From the human T2T-CHM13v2.0 reference genome, Homo sapiens: a stretch of 64,000 nucleotides of DNA. The stretch lies in assembly GCF_009914755.1 (NCBI RefSeq), contig NC_060927.1; one strand, written 5' to 3'. Shown piece after piece: positions 1 through 14,216 of this stretch. The notes under the pieces are model-generated. The model had not been told where the DNA came from and ran no database searches. It worked only from the letters and a program-made list of their open reading frames with translations. The position numbers and the translations under genes are program-made. Numbering within the stretch: the stretch's first letter is position 1; each line of letters opens with the position of its first letter.

Positions 1-1339
1 AAATTGCTCTATTCTCATTTTCCTTCTCGTACTTTCAAGTCCTAGAAGGCCTATGGAATTATATGTAGATTTATTAACATGAAAACATTTTTACTCGTTT
101 ATTTCTCTTCCTGGCCCAATTTTAATCCCTTGACAAAATTTTCACGACCTCCCCCTTACCTTTGTTAGTCACTCCTTAATTTGTGTTCCTACAGTTCTGG
201 TTTAGCTTTCTCTCACACTAATTATCACTTACATGCTATAGCTATTAGTTTACATGTCTGCAAAGTCCTAGTGGCTAAGGATCAAGGACTGTTTGACAAA
301 TATTCAAGGCAGGACAGACTGGAAGTGGAGCCTCCTAAATCAACTGATGACAGATATCTTGGGTGTGGGGGTATTTTAAAGTCAGTGGTTATTATTTTGA
401 AATTTTCTATAATAAAAACATTTTAAATACAAAAAAAAAAATCAGTGGCTTCAGATGCTGATAAGAAAAAAAATCTCCGGAACCAGGAACTAGGCCCTTA
501 AAATGTCAGTTGACCTAGAAATATAACAAATATGATCTATGGTGTCATCTCAGAACCAAATGTTCTGAAACAAATGTTCATCATTTGTTTGTCAAATCTC
601 AGAACCAAATGTTCATGGGTGTAAGACTCCAAGCATTTCATCTAGAAGGGCACTGCTCCTCGATTCTCCTTCCTCCCTCTCCGCAAATTGAGCTTGTCAC
701 TGATACTGCCTCAAAGACAGATTTACATGGTAAATGGCTGAAGCTAAAGAAGATGTCTGATGGTCTGGTATCCTTACAGTGGTATGGCATAACCAGAAGT
801 TAAGCTGTTGAGCAGAACAAAGGCCTCCTGTCCACACCTGATGGGCTGACAACATTGCTCCCACACAGTTGACACTTACTGGGTGGCACCAAAGGGTGGG
901 TGACAAGAGTGACAACTTTGCCTCTGCATCTCAGAAACTCACTTCCCCCAAGAAGAAATGATGTCACTTCTGGGCAAAAAGCACCAAACTATTCCTACTT
1001 CCACCACCAACTGGATTAGAACACCAGAGTACGTTCTTTAACTCTCAGGTCTCTCAGACTCCAGTCTTAGTGTTTGTCTATTTCACTGGAGGTGAACAGT
1101 CCAAGTAGCAAATAAGTTTCACAGATAACTGGAAAGAGATGTTCATAGTCATAGATACTCTCTCTTTATCCCTAAGACCCCTAAAATTCAACTTATTGAT
1201 TACCTAGCGCCTACCATATGCCCAATACTTGATCGTGTGCCATGAGGAGCTCTGAAATAACAAAACGTGGTCACTGCCTTTGAAAAACTTTCAGAGTGAT
1301 CAAGTACATGAAATATTTATTCAAGGAAGGAACTAGAGT

Positions 1340-1555
1340 ATGATATGTAAATGTATAGGCTTTTTTAATCAGATATCCTGAGTTCATTTTCTACCTCCAT
1401 GGTTTACTAACCATAATGATAGGCAAGGTGTACTTTGGTTTCCTCATCTGCAGAATAGAACTAATAACAGGATTCACCTTAGCACTGTTGTGAGGATTCA
1501 GTGAGCAACAATGCAGATATAGAGCATAGAGTAAGTGCTAAACAATCATTATGTT
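1340..1555 (+). mobile_element. MIR SINE (degraded)
   Basis: MIR core-like motifs ggtttcctcatctgcagaatag and gttgtgaggattcagtgag; boundaries approximate. Confidence 0.7.
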
Positions 1556-1721
1556 ACTAGGGTTAATATAAAAGAGAGTTCTGCAAGTAGATACATGATG
1601 AATCGTCAAAGTAATTAGCAAAGACCAAGTCAGTGATCACAAAGCCCAGAGAAGATAGACATGCTTTGGTCCAAACTAGAGAGAAGAGAGAAGAGAGGTA
1701 ATATTTATCAAGCAGGCTCTT

Positions 1722-2170
1722 TTTGATATAATTTCAACTTTTATTTTAGATTCAGGGGGCACATGTGCAGGTCTGTTACCGGGGCATATTGTATGATGCT
1801 AAGGTTCGGAGTGTGATGGATCTCATCACCCACCCACATTCTGAGCATAGTACTTAATAGTCAGTTATTCAACCCTTGCCCCCAACTAGTAGTCTCCAGT
1901 TTCTATTGTTGCCATCTTTACGTACATGAGTACCCAGTGTTTACCTTCCATTTACAAGTGAGAACATGTGGTATAAGGTTTTCTGTTCCTACATTAATTC
2001 ACTCAGGATAATGGCCTCCAGCTGCATTCATGTTGCTACAAAGGATATGATTTTGTTCTTTTATATGGCTGTGTAGTATTCCATGGTGTATATGTACCAC
2101 ACTTTCTTTATCCAATCCGCTGTTGATGGGCACCTAGGTTGATTCCATGCCTTCGCTATTGTGAAGAACA
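1722..2170 (-). mobile_element. 5'-truncated L1 3' end (old L1PA/L1PB type), inserted in a MIR
   Basis: Antisense L1 3'UTR (ttttagattcagggggcacatgtgcagg...gtgagaacatgtgg...gatgggcacctaggttgattcc); degenerate TSD caagcaggctctt (1709-1721) / caagcagccttctt (2171-2184). Confidence 0.85.
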
Positions 2171-3177
2171 CAAGCAGCCTTCTTCATGCCAGAACTGGTT
2201 TAGTGGCTTTACACAGAATCATCACTACCTCATCCATAAACTAAGAGAGACAGGTCTTAAGCTAAAGCCAAGAGCCTGATCTAAATTTGGAGAGGCTAAG
2301 AAAAGAAGACAGGAAATGCCCATCTGTATGACCAGTTATCAAAGAATGGTGAAAACATGGAAACAGCATGCTGCATCTGGAGGGCATGAGATGCTCAAAT
2401 GGATGAGTATCATTTGGGTGCTACATAACATATGGTTGAAAGTGCTTTGGAAATTCACGGGCATTAATTTGTTAAACATTCTCTAGTTGTGACATAACTT
2501 CTCTGTTCCTCTGTTTTCTTATTCTAAAAAGAAAGATAGTAATAGCTACCTCCCAAGACTATTGTGAGAATTAGAGGAGAGAATAGACATAAAAGAAGCA
2601 AGCATAATAACAAATATAGTGTATCCTCTAAAAGTGTTATGTCTGTTTCTATGTCTCCTGTCCTGTGGTCTAGAATATATTAATAGCAAATGCCCAAGTG
2701 CCCACACTTAAAGCTCAGATAATTTGAAAGAACTATGATTTAAAGATAAATAATTATTATAGATCAAGACTGTAAATTAAAATGGTTCATGTTAAAAGTT
2801 GTTTGTATATTTTGGTTTGGGCCAAAACCTTTAAAACAAATAGGTTTAATTATAAGTTGGACCAGTTCATTGAACATGTGGGACTCTTTGGCAAGTTCTG
2901 TAAAGAAATTAGCTCATGGGAGGTTTAAAAATGAATTAACTTTATTTTTACTTGAAAGTCAGAGTTTAGTTCAATGAAAAAGCCTGCTACAAATAACTTT
3001 TGCTTTATCGTAGTCCTCTTTTGTGCTGATAGTATTACCAAAGAAACAGAGGCAAAAATGTGTGTTTGTGTGTATGTATGTATAAAATATTGTCACCAAA
3101 CATTCTATCTGCTCCCTCAGGACTCTTGCACTGTGCAGAGAGATCTCACTAGTTCTGAGAATGTGGAGCAGGGACTA

Positions 3178-3609
<432 letters not shown>

Positions 3610-4288
3610 TCATGTCAGCTAAGCCCCAGGCCCTAAGTAAAATGACTCCCATACCACCCCAAGGTTTTCTTTCTAATCCTCCTCTCTCCACCAAAAGTAA
3701 GACCCAGAATGAGAGACTAAAGGGACCAAGGGGCCAGTGGCTGCCTTATTCTTCTCTGAATCCAAAAGACCAAAGGGACCCTCCTGACTCTTACGTGGCC
3801 CAGCTTAATTCAACAGAACAGGAGACTCAAGAGAGATTTTGGTCAGTGGTTCACCTTGTGATAGTGGCTACTTGCAGGGTCTTCCAGACATTACGTGTCC
3901 CCTGGGGACTCATCAAGGACAGTGAAAGAACAAAAGTCCTGTACTCTTCTCATCAGAAGTATAGCTAACGATAGCCACATGACATATCTTGTCTCCCTTA
4001 CAGCTGCTAAGTCCTTATTTGTTTCCTTCCCTGGATAGGTATTCATCTTCATCCCCCATCCCAACTTCCAACCTTATCAGTGAAGAAGGAGTGGGAGGGA
4101 TAAGGCAAGAGAAGCAGAAACTGAGTCATACCACTCAATTCAGCCGTGAACTTAGCTCAAGCACTTCACCAAATATCATAGACATCATCATAGAAATGAT
4201 TTAATGTAAATCACAAAAATTACCAAACAGGAGAGTGAAAGGATCTAGAATGTAAAGAAAATACTAAATTATCTTGAAATGTGTATAG

Positions 4289-4463
4289 CAGTGGTTCCAA
4301 AACTTTGCTGCACCCAGGAATCACTTGGAGATCTTTTAAAAAAAATGCTGGCACCTGTGTTTTATCTCAGATATTCTAATTTAAATAGAGTAAGGCTTGA
4401 ATGTTGATATTTTTAAAAATTCCTTAGGCTATTCTAATATGCATCAAAATTTGAAAACCACTA
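4289..4463. mobile_element. MER5-family hAT-Charlie MITE
   Basis: Terminal inverted repeats cagtggtt / aaccacta, ~175 bp, MER5-like interior (gaatcacttggagatc, attctaatatgcatc). Confidence 0.75.
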
Positions 4464-4917
4464 GTATAGAGGTGTGTCTAGACCAGTAATAGTATTTTCA
4501 GTCCCTAGAAAGGATGTAATAGAAACAATGGTGACATAAACTATACTTTTTGGCTATAAAGGAAATTAAACCCCTAAACTAATCAGTGTAAACGTGAGTG
4601 TTATCAACCAGCTGATGGAATGACTTGGTGACTTATATGTCCCTGGGGCTCAAACAGCAGGATCACAAATGCAACATGCTCTCTGTTCTCCTTCAGCTCC
4701 CACCTCTTCTTTGGTTTTTCCAAATGGTACTGTAACCTTGTTAGTAGCAACCTTGAAGCACAGCTTAAGTCAGGACAGATCCTGTTTTTCAGGCACAAGC
4801 ACTGATTGCAAGATTTTTCTCTTCACATTGAATTTTTCTGTGAATTCATCTTCATAAAGAAGTTTCACTCTCAAAACCTGTGGATTCCTTCCTCTCGTCA
4901 TTTTGAGATTGCTAAAA

Positions 4918-4980
4918 GTCTCTCTCTCTCTCTGATTCTCTCTCTCTTGTTCTCATATTCTCTCTCTCTCTCTCTCTCTC
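4918..4980. repeat. Interrupted (TC)n microsatellite
   Basis: Visible TC runs. Confidence 0.85.
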
Positions 4981-6839
4981 ATAATTTTGTACTTTCCTTT
5001 TGCTTTGGATGCCCTTCTCTTCCCCCTTGCACTCTACACACACACAAACCCACACAACATACCACATTTCAGCTCAAACATCTGGGTGGCCAAGGAGCCA
5101 GAGCCGCCCAGAGTCATTCCTAGGCTGAGTTGGCTGTCCCACCTCAATGCTCTCCTAACACCCTGGGATCACCGTGATGTCAGCACAGTTAGGTCATTTG
5201 ATCAAATTCATCAAGTAACTTTTGCCTGCTTTCTCCACAAAACCATAACCTCCATGAGGGTATAGGCCCTCCATCTTTCCATCTGTGAATTTCCATCAAC
5301 TAGTACACAACATAAAAAAATAAACTTACCATTGTGCTCAAAAGATTCTCCTTGGAGAAAGAAAAAAGATTTGTACCCTTCTGCCTGAATGACAAAATTT
5401 GGTTTGGGGATAGGGGAGAAAAAAATAGGAAGAGAAAGAAGAGAAAATACATCAATGTATTCTTATGATGTGGCCAACACTATTCTAAAATACATACATG
5501 TGTAAATGCCTCGAATTCTTGCATCAACCCTCTGTAGGATGCACTAAGACACTCCTAATCTAGAAAGTATTAAGTTTCTGACTGGGCAGCCTCCCCAGGG
5601 CTACACATCAAATGAACACTTGAGAAATAAACATAGGCATTCTGACTTTTGGTGACTAGTCACCATATTATCCTGCATTTATTGAGAATTTCAGGGAACC
5701 TAGGGACATGAGACATATTTTCCACCTTCCTGGACAGGAGAGTGAGAAAGTCAGAAACACAATTGATTCTTTCTTCTCTGCAGATGGAATAAAGAGACTA
5801 ATAGAAACAAACACACAACACATACACACACAATTTAAACTTACTATACACAAGTTAAATAAAACAAAGTGTAATTTTTAAAGGTAAGTAATAAGATGGC
5901 CAACTAGCATGAGCTGTTGGGCTCTCTCTGATAGAATTAACCATGGAGAATTTAGAGAAAGAAGAGGCAGGTGTGAGTCAGAGGGGTTAACAAAAAAATT
6001 GTGAGAAACCCCAAGGTGATGGAATGCTGGCAGTGAAAAACTGGGATGGAGAGAAACTTTTAACTGTCTTTGCTGTCTTCCTTCTGAGTTAGCCTGTGAC
6101 AAGCATTGTAAAAAAACAAAGACAATTCAACAATAAACATTTGTTGATCGAAGCGGAATTACTAGAACCGACACACTAAGAATTTAAGATGAAAAATAAT
6201 AATCCTTGTAACAAATAAATTTGAAAATAAAGATATGAACAACATGAAATACGAAAACAATTATAATGAAAAGAAACATGTGGAGATATAGGAGGATATA
6301 GGAGAATAAAAATGTCAGTAAAACAAGAAAAGTTTCTTGAGAAGGGGAAGGAGGAGATGAACCCAGAAATGAAAACTTATATCCCTGAGTCAGTTACCAA
6401 TCCGTGGACTTTCCAACAGAGGAGCACACTTTGATGTTCAGCTATTTTAAGTGGGAATGAATTATTTTAAAGTTGGTACCTGCAAACCTCACTAAGCAAA
6501 ATGTCAGAGACTGATAATCCCACCCTTTTAAACTCAGTCTCCCAATTTTGAGTGAGAAATGTTCCATTTCTCTTCTGTCTCCAAAATTCCTTTAATACCC
6601 TAGAGAAAGGTGACTATTTGAGTCAAGTCTTGAAGGATGGGTTGTAGTTTTAAAGCAGGCAATAGAAAGATAAAAAGCCCACTGGAGAGATGGAACAGCT
6701 TGGGCGAAGGAGTAGGGGTCTGAGGATGGGGTAATAAGAGAGGGGTACAGAATTGAGTTATAGAATTAGGGTGTGGGAGAGAGGAAGGAGCAAGACAGAA
6801 CAAGCTGGCCTAAAGGACCTTGCATGCCTTGCAACTAAC

Positions 6840-6980
6840 AATAGCTAGTGCCATTTACTGACCACCTATTAAGTTTCAGTGACTTTTATTTATAATTTAC
6901 TATCTTATTTAATATTCATAACAACCTTGCAAATAGTCATCATCATTCCTATTTTACGGATGGGTAAATTAAGATTCAAA
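6840..6980 (-). mobile_element. MIR fragment
   Basis: catttactgaccacctatt...cctattttacggatgggtaaattaag. Confidence 0.6.
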
Positions 6981-9900
6981 GAATCTTTTTTGTTTTCTCG
7001 TTTGTTTTTTGGTTGGTTTTGTTTTGCTTTTCAGAGAGTCATGCATCTGTCTGTCATCAAAGTCTTGTGTGTTTCCAACTGTGTTGGCTAAAATACAAAA
7101 GTTATCATTTAACATCCCTCTCTAATCTTTCAGTGGATCCCAGGCACTTTCATGATTAAGAGCAAACTCCCTAATATAGCACACAGAGCCCTTCTCCCAT
7201 CACATCTCCATGTTTCTTTCCTTCCTACCACTACAAATACTTGTCTTTCACTCACTCATGTGGCTCAATTACTACTGTCATGACATCTCATGTCATTGCA
7301 GAGTTATTTATCTGATCCTACTCCAGACTGGGTGCTCTTGGAGGTCAAGGGTATACCTTTTTTGTATTTTTACCCCATTGCCAAGTTCAGTGCTTGGCTC
7401 AAATTAAGAAGCCAATCAATTTTTGTTAACTGATGAATTAATCAATCAATCAAAGAAATAATCTTTTTGTCCCCTGTGTAAAACAATTATCCAAATACAT
7501 TCAGCAGGACAGTTTATCCTCTGTTCTTAGTTTTAACCAGAGTTTCATTTTTTTCTCTGCCTGTCTCTACTTCCCTCATCGCCACCATGGTTTTCTGGCT
7601 TTGTCTTTGTAGCAGGACATAGAAGTAGCTGGATCATGCTTGAGAGAACACTCATTCAAGGACAACCTTAGAAATAGGCAAGAAAAGTAGTTTTGATATT
7701 TTTTCTATTTGCATTATTGATGTCATTAACTGTATATATGAAAACCGCTAAAGAAAATTGGATGTATGCATGAGATAAAAGCCTAGAGAAAAATACACCA
7801 CAATGTTAATGTTAATTTCTTTCACAGTCATGGGATTATAGGTGATTTTAATTTTTAGCATTGCGAATTTTGGTATTTTCTAAGTTGTAAATAAAGTTTT
7901 CTAGGTTTTTAATGAACATGCATATATTACTTTTATATCAGAGAAACAGGAAGGATTATGTTTTAAAGCATTAAGCAAAATGTGTAAACATGAGTTCTTA
8001 TATGATATCGCTGTTCAAAATCCAGAATAAGCATGTATTAATTATACCATAATTAATGTATACCATATCCATGAATTACAGTACAGGTTATCTAAAATTT
8101 ACAACAGTCCTCTTTTCTTAAAAAAAATGCAGATATGATTAGGATTGTATTTAACACAAAAGCTTTGTAATTCCTGCTTTAAATCTACTTGGCTATAAAA
8201 ATTTTAAGGGAATTTTATCGTGAAAGCAGCCCAAATCTATTCAAAGGAGCAAGCCTTTCAAGCCAGTGACCCCCAATGCCTTTTTTTCTTTGCCATTCAA
8301 TAGTGCAAATCACCCATCTGTTACAAACAGGAACCTGAAAAAGCAACAACATCCTGGCAGTGACTAGCCTTAAAAACCATTCCCAACTCTACCTCCAGAC
8401 CTGACGCTGTATTCAAGTGAATGTGCCTGAGGTGTGATCACCACAAGGAAACAGAACTGTGTCCTGTCTATGCCTATACTTGGCCATGCTTGTTAGAGCA
8501 AACATCCTGAAGTGACCACTGTGCTGTCCACACCCCAGCCAGGCAAGACTGGTATAGATGGGAGGGTGTCAGGCCTCCAGGCATGTGCTAGGGGAAGCTG
8601 CCATTTGAGAAGCTTTTGTTTCCCTGACACCTTTGTCGGGACATGAAAAATGGAAGGGAATGAGCAGCAGCTGGCTGCTTCTGCATTGAAGCCTGGCTTC
8701 TGATATTTACCATAAGTGAGGAGGCTCTGGATGGTGTCCTGTAGAGAGGGCTAGTCCTAGGAATAGCTGAGGAAAAGCAGATCTAGATAGTCTTTTAAAC
8801 TACAGTTGCAAAGAAGCCACTCTGATTTCTAGATCAAGGTCCCCTCTCCATCAAGGAGGCCTTGAAAAGAGAGAAATGTCCCTGCTTCTGGGCTGGTTAA
8901 GATTTCTCAGTTCAGTGAGGTTTAAATTTTATGTATCCTGTCATCTTCTCCTCTTCTCCTTTCTTCATCAATCATCAGTCCCCAACTTGTCCTCACCAAA
9001 AAAAAAAAAAAAAAAAAAAGATTTTCAGATCCTGTGTTAGAAAACACCAATCATTTGGTGGCAGCACTTACTTGCTGCTCATTCATTCATGCCAGATAAG
9101 TAGAACAGATACCACCTTATTACAAACACTAAGCCCACTAGGGACTAGAGATCCCAGGTAAAGACCAGGATTTGAATGATCTTTGGTACATCCCCTCCAA
9201 AACTTTTTCACCCTTCTTATTCCTTCTTGGGGACCCCCTCCAGTTTGAGACTCACTCATAAAAATCTGTCTGCTTTGGGCTTCTCTTTTGTTGGGAAATA
9301 CATAAAAAATCAGCAGTCTCACGTCTGATTTCTGCCCCTTCTCCATGTCTTCACAGGGCCTCTGTTAGACAGTGCCCTTGGCCTCCAAGGGAAATCCCTC
9401 ACAGATCTGCAAGGATCTGCCCCTTCAGCAAAGCCCCAAATGCTGTTCTTTCGCACATTCTCCCTCCCTTATCAAAATTCACCCCCTTCTGTGTCCCATT
9501 CTTTTCTGCCTACCTCTATTTTTGGAAAGCTCACCAACTAATTATCCATTCTGTCAAAAGTGAGTACCCCTGTCAGGGGTTTTTAATCTTTAAAGGAGCT
9601 CTCCTGGAGATGCAAAGCCTTACTGCTATTGAATGAATCTGCATTGGTGGTATTGGCTGCCTGACAAGATTCTGGGAGCAGAGAACACTTTTCATAGGAA
9701 GTACTATTCTATTGTGTATCAATGGGCAATCACTTGAGCACCATGTATAAGATCCACATGCAGGACAGGTCCTCTTGTCTGCAAGTGCTATTACAAATGT
9801 ACTGTGGAGATTTTACAAGTAGGAACTTAAGATGCATCCCCTGGAGGTCTTGCCAGCAGCGAGTGACTTCATTTAATTCAATAGATAGTCATGTTAAAGT

Positions 9901-12484
9901 ATTGGCACTTTCCAATGGTTGTTAACAAGAGGTAGTGGAAAGTGCCTTAACTTTCTAATCAGAAAGCATTCATCCTGTTGAGTCAAGGTCCTCATAGGAA
10001 ATAGATGGCACACCGAAATTAGGATGAGTGTGATACAGCAGACCATCAAGGGACATTGCAGTAACCCATATGTACAAAGGGAAAATAGAAGGAGACAGAG
10101 CCCAGAGGAAAAGGGTCATATAGAAGAGGCTACCTTGAGAAGATCAGTAATATAACCAGCTCAGGGTGACCTTGCAGAGAAAGGGGCAGGGGAACGTACA
10201 CCCTGACCTCATTCTTTCTTCCAATCTTCTAGTTGGATTTCCAATTTAAAAAAAACAAAAACTGGAAGCCAAAGGACTCATTTATTGGTGTGGGTATCTA
10301 TGGGACAGATGTATAATTGTGATAATAAATGTGAGAATATCTAATTGCACAACTGTCCTTGGTACATTTTATACCAAGTGCAATGTGAGTGATGCTTCCT
10401 GGAGTCCTGTAATTTGGTAATCCTATTAAGCGCTTAGTACAGTGTCTGCCACATAGTAATTGCTCAGTGAATAGTAACTCCCTTCCTTGTTTCAGTTGGA
10501 ACAGACTCAGTTGAAAAGTTCCCAATTATATGTGGTTCTCTTTGGGCCCTCACATATGGGAGCTTAAAGAAAAATGCTGCCACCCTTTAGGGCTTCTTTC
10601 CCTTAAGTAGCAAAGGACTTATTGAATAGTGGGGAGCTCTCACACCTGATTCCTATAACTATAGGAGTTTCAGAAACAGGTACTTTCAAAATTTCTACCT
10701 CTCTTCACATGCCTGCGCCTCTCATAAGGTGCTATGAGATAAGACAAATGAACTTTTGCAAAGTGAGAAAGAATGAGCTCACCCTTACAGGATGGTAAGG
10801 GTGTTGATCAGAAATATTTCTAATTAATGCATAGGTCAATACTTCATACAGGAAATATCACTACCTGATATTTTAGCAAAGACAACTTACATTTACTCAT
10901 TCCCCATCAATTTCAGTCAGGGAAGTTTCCGTTATGGTAGGAAGTATAGCCAACAAAACTTGCTCTCCCGATTAGACTGGCAGGATCTTTTGCAATATTG
11001 CTCTTGAAACTCAACTACCACTAAACAAAATTCAACCTCAGCATACAAATACTGCAAACATGTTTCAAGACAGGAAATGAAAACTATTTCACTGAAGACA
11101 AAATTGGTAAACCCATTTTATTAAAAAGTGAAGAAACAGCTGAGGTCTTCTCAGGAAGGCGAAGATTAATCTCATTTTCACCAGCAACATTCTTTTTCAA
11201 AGGGAATTGTGTCCATAAGAGAACAACATTCATACCTAATTGTCTTAATAGTAAGCATCATAATAATGGGTTTGGAGACTGTGTTTTAGGACTTCCTTTA
11301 GAATTTATGTTCATATGACTTCTGTGGACCAAGGAAAGTTGTGCAATTAGGTATCCTTACCTAATTGCAATTATGATCACAATTTTAAGAGACAAAAAAT
11401 AGAGTCTTCCCCTTATATCACAAAGAACATTTATGTCCCCTCCCCCATTTCATCCCTGTCTTTGTTTTGCTCTACCTCTTTACAACTTAGAAAAAAAATT
11501 CCAAAAATCAGCCTAAAGTCAGTTGGCACATTTTTTGTCCCTAAGACAAATGCAGGGCATAGTGAACAAAGGGGTCGCACAACTGTTTGACCTTGGAGAA
11601 ATTACTTTACTTCTATGGGCTTCAAATTTCTTACTTGTACAATAAAGGTTTGGGTTAGTGCTATAAGGTACTCGCCAGTTCTAATATTATATTATTCTAA
11701 GAAAGAGAAAACAATCTCCTTGGTTCTTACAGCTCCAAGTTTATTGACCTTCAAAACACTTCTAGTTTGGTACCATGATACAAGTGAACACCAACCATAT
11801 ATGGCTATAACTACCACAGTGAAAAGGCAATGTTTCCCATGCACATAGCAGTCAGGGGACAGGAAAATTCATGGGCTTTCCTGAATGATGTGGCTAGCTG
11901 TGAATATCAGAAAGATCTCACATGTCAGCTAATAGGTTTGGACAGGAGGACAGGAGGTCTCCAAACCAAAGGTCAACAGTGTAAACAGAAGTATACACAT
12001 GCTGACAATTTGAAAGGCCTCATTACCATAAAATCAGCTGGTTCAGTTCCAAGGTCACAGTATAGAATCCTGAAAGGAAACCTGGCTATCTGAAATATGA
12101 CATATTATGCCATTAAATACCTCTGTGTCAAAGTGAGCCCAGCCTGGATTCCTTTTCAATCATCCAGTCAACATATATCAATTGAGGTCCTGCTTTATGT
12201 CATGTTCCGTGCTAGGTACTCATGATTAAGTGGAACACAAGACTGACCCGGACCCTTATGGAAGAGACAGATGTTAAATAAAGAAGTGTATGAATATATA
12301 CCTACATAACTGGATAAAGGCCATGGAGAAAGGGTAAACAGCATGATGAAATATTATAAGAGAGATACCCTTAGGGATCAGAAAATAATTTTCTGAGGAA
12401 GGAACATTTAAGTTGAATTTGGTACATGAGTAGGAGTCAGCCAAATAATTGATAGAACACTTCAAGCAGAATGAAGAGCACGCA

Positions 12485-12819
12485 CTGGGAGGCCAAGGTG
12501 GGCAGATCATCTGAGGTCAGGAGTTCGAAAGCAGCCTGGCAAACACGGTGAAATAGCAGAATGAAGAGCATGCACTGGGAGGCCAAGGCAGGCAGATCAT
12601 CTGAGGTCAGGAGTTCGAAACCAGCCTGGCCAACATGGTGAAATACCATCTCTACTAAGAATACAAAAATAATTAGCCAGGTGTGGTGGTGGGTGCCTGT
12701 AATCCCACCTACTCGGGAGGCTGAGCCAGAAGGATCGCTTGAACCTGGGAGGTGAATGTTGCAGTGAGCCATGATTGTGCTCCTGGGCAACAGAGCGAGA
12801 CTCTATCTCAAAGAAAAAA
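12485..12819 (+). mobile_element. 5'-truncated AluS with a 90-bp tandem duplication over its 5' junction
   Basis: Alu left-arm segment present twice (period 90); TSD-like gaagagcatgca / gaatagcatgca. Confidence 0.9.
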
Positions 12820-13192
12820 GAATAGCATGCAAAGTCTTCAGGTCAACATGGCTGACACACTGAGAACAGGAGGAATGTGAAGCTTGAGAGGTAGCCAAGG
12901 GTTAGATGGTACCTTGTGGACTATGTTGAAGATTCTGGATTTTAAGGGCAATGGTGAATAACTTGACATCACGTGAGTTCATCATGAATCACTCTGGATC
13001 AGTGTGAAGAATGGATTGGGAAAGAGGAAGGATGGAATAGAAGAGAATAGAGAGGAGGTCATTACAGCAGTCAAGTCAGAAAACGACAAAATCTTGGACT
13101 GAAGCAGTGGCAAAGGAAAAGAAGAAAAGGGAATATATTTGAAAAGCATTCTAGGAGGAAATTTGAGAGGCTTCGTGAAAAGTGGAATATGT

Positions 13193-13776
13193 ATGTGTAG
13201 AAAAGGAAACTCCTGTGCTCTGTTGGTGAGAAGGTAAATTAGAACGACCATTATGGAAAATGGTATGGAAGTTATTCAAAAAGCCAAAAATAAAATTACC
13301 ACATAATCCAGCAATCCCACTTCTGGGTACAGATCCTAAGGACTTGAAATCAGTGTGTCTAAGAGATGTCTACATTCTTATATTCACTGCAGCATTATTA
13401 ACAGTAGCCAAGCTATGAAATTAATTAAGCTAGGTGTTCATCAATGGATGAATAAATAAAGGAAATGTAATATATATACACAATGGGATACTATTTATCT
13501 CCTAAAAAGAAGGAAATTCTGTCATTTGTGACAATATTAATGAACCTGGAGGACATTATGCTAAGTGAAATAAGCCACGTACAGAAAGACCAAAAAAAAA
13601 AAAAACACATGTTCTCACTTATATGTGAAACCTGAGACAATCAAACTCATAGAAGCAGAAAGTAAAACTGTGGTTACCAGACGCTAAGGGATAAGGGAAA
13701 TAAGATGTTGGTCAAAGGGTACAAAATTACAGTTAGTGAGAAGAGAAATAAATGAAAAGTATTTTTTTAAAGAAAG
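13193..13776 (+). mobile_element. L1MA/L1MB-type 3' fragment
   Basis: End of ORF2 and 3'UTR (gaacctggaggacattatgctaagtgaaataagcc, ggtcaaagggtacaaa); TSD-like gaaaagtggaatatgt (13177-13192) / gaaaagtggttatgt (13777-13791). Confidence 0.85.
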
Positions 13777-14216
13777 GAAAAGTGGTTATGTGAATAGAAC
13801 ATGAGAGAGATGAAAAAATATGCCTACGTTTATAGTGTGAGCTGCTAGATATATGGAGCTTCTTTTTTCTGAGAAGGGAGGCACTGCAAAGGAAGAGATT
13901 TAGGGTACAGAGATGGAAATCAAGAGTTCTGTTTTGATAGAACTATGTTAAATGCTGTTATGAGTTATTCAAAACAAAGCTTCAAAAGTAACTATTTGAA
14001 TTTAGGAAGACGATTGTTGACTTTAACAAGATCAGTTTAGGTGGAGTTAGCAGGTGAGGAATTTTGATTGGAGTGAATCAAAAAGTGAGGAATTTTGATT
14101 GAAGTGAATCAAAAAATGAATGAGAGATAAGAAAGTAGAAGCAGCAAGTGTACAAAAATATTTTAGGATGTTTGTTATAAAATGTCACTAAAAGGTGCAA
14201 GATCAAGGGAAAGTAT

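Noticed and set aside
3612-3968. 118-aa ATG ORF in non-repeat DNA
   Set aside because: No recognisable domain, exon context or codon signal; the length is compatible with chance.
8200-8850. Repeat-poor stretches (also ~24000-24700 and ~37000-37700) as enhancers or exons
   Set aside because: Sequence alone gives no support without conservation or chromatin data.
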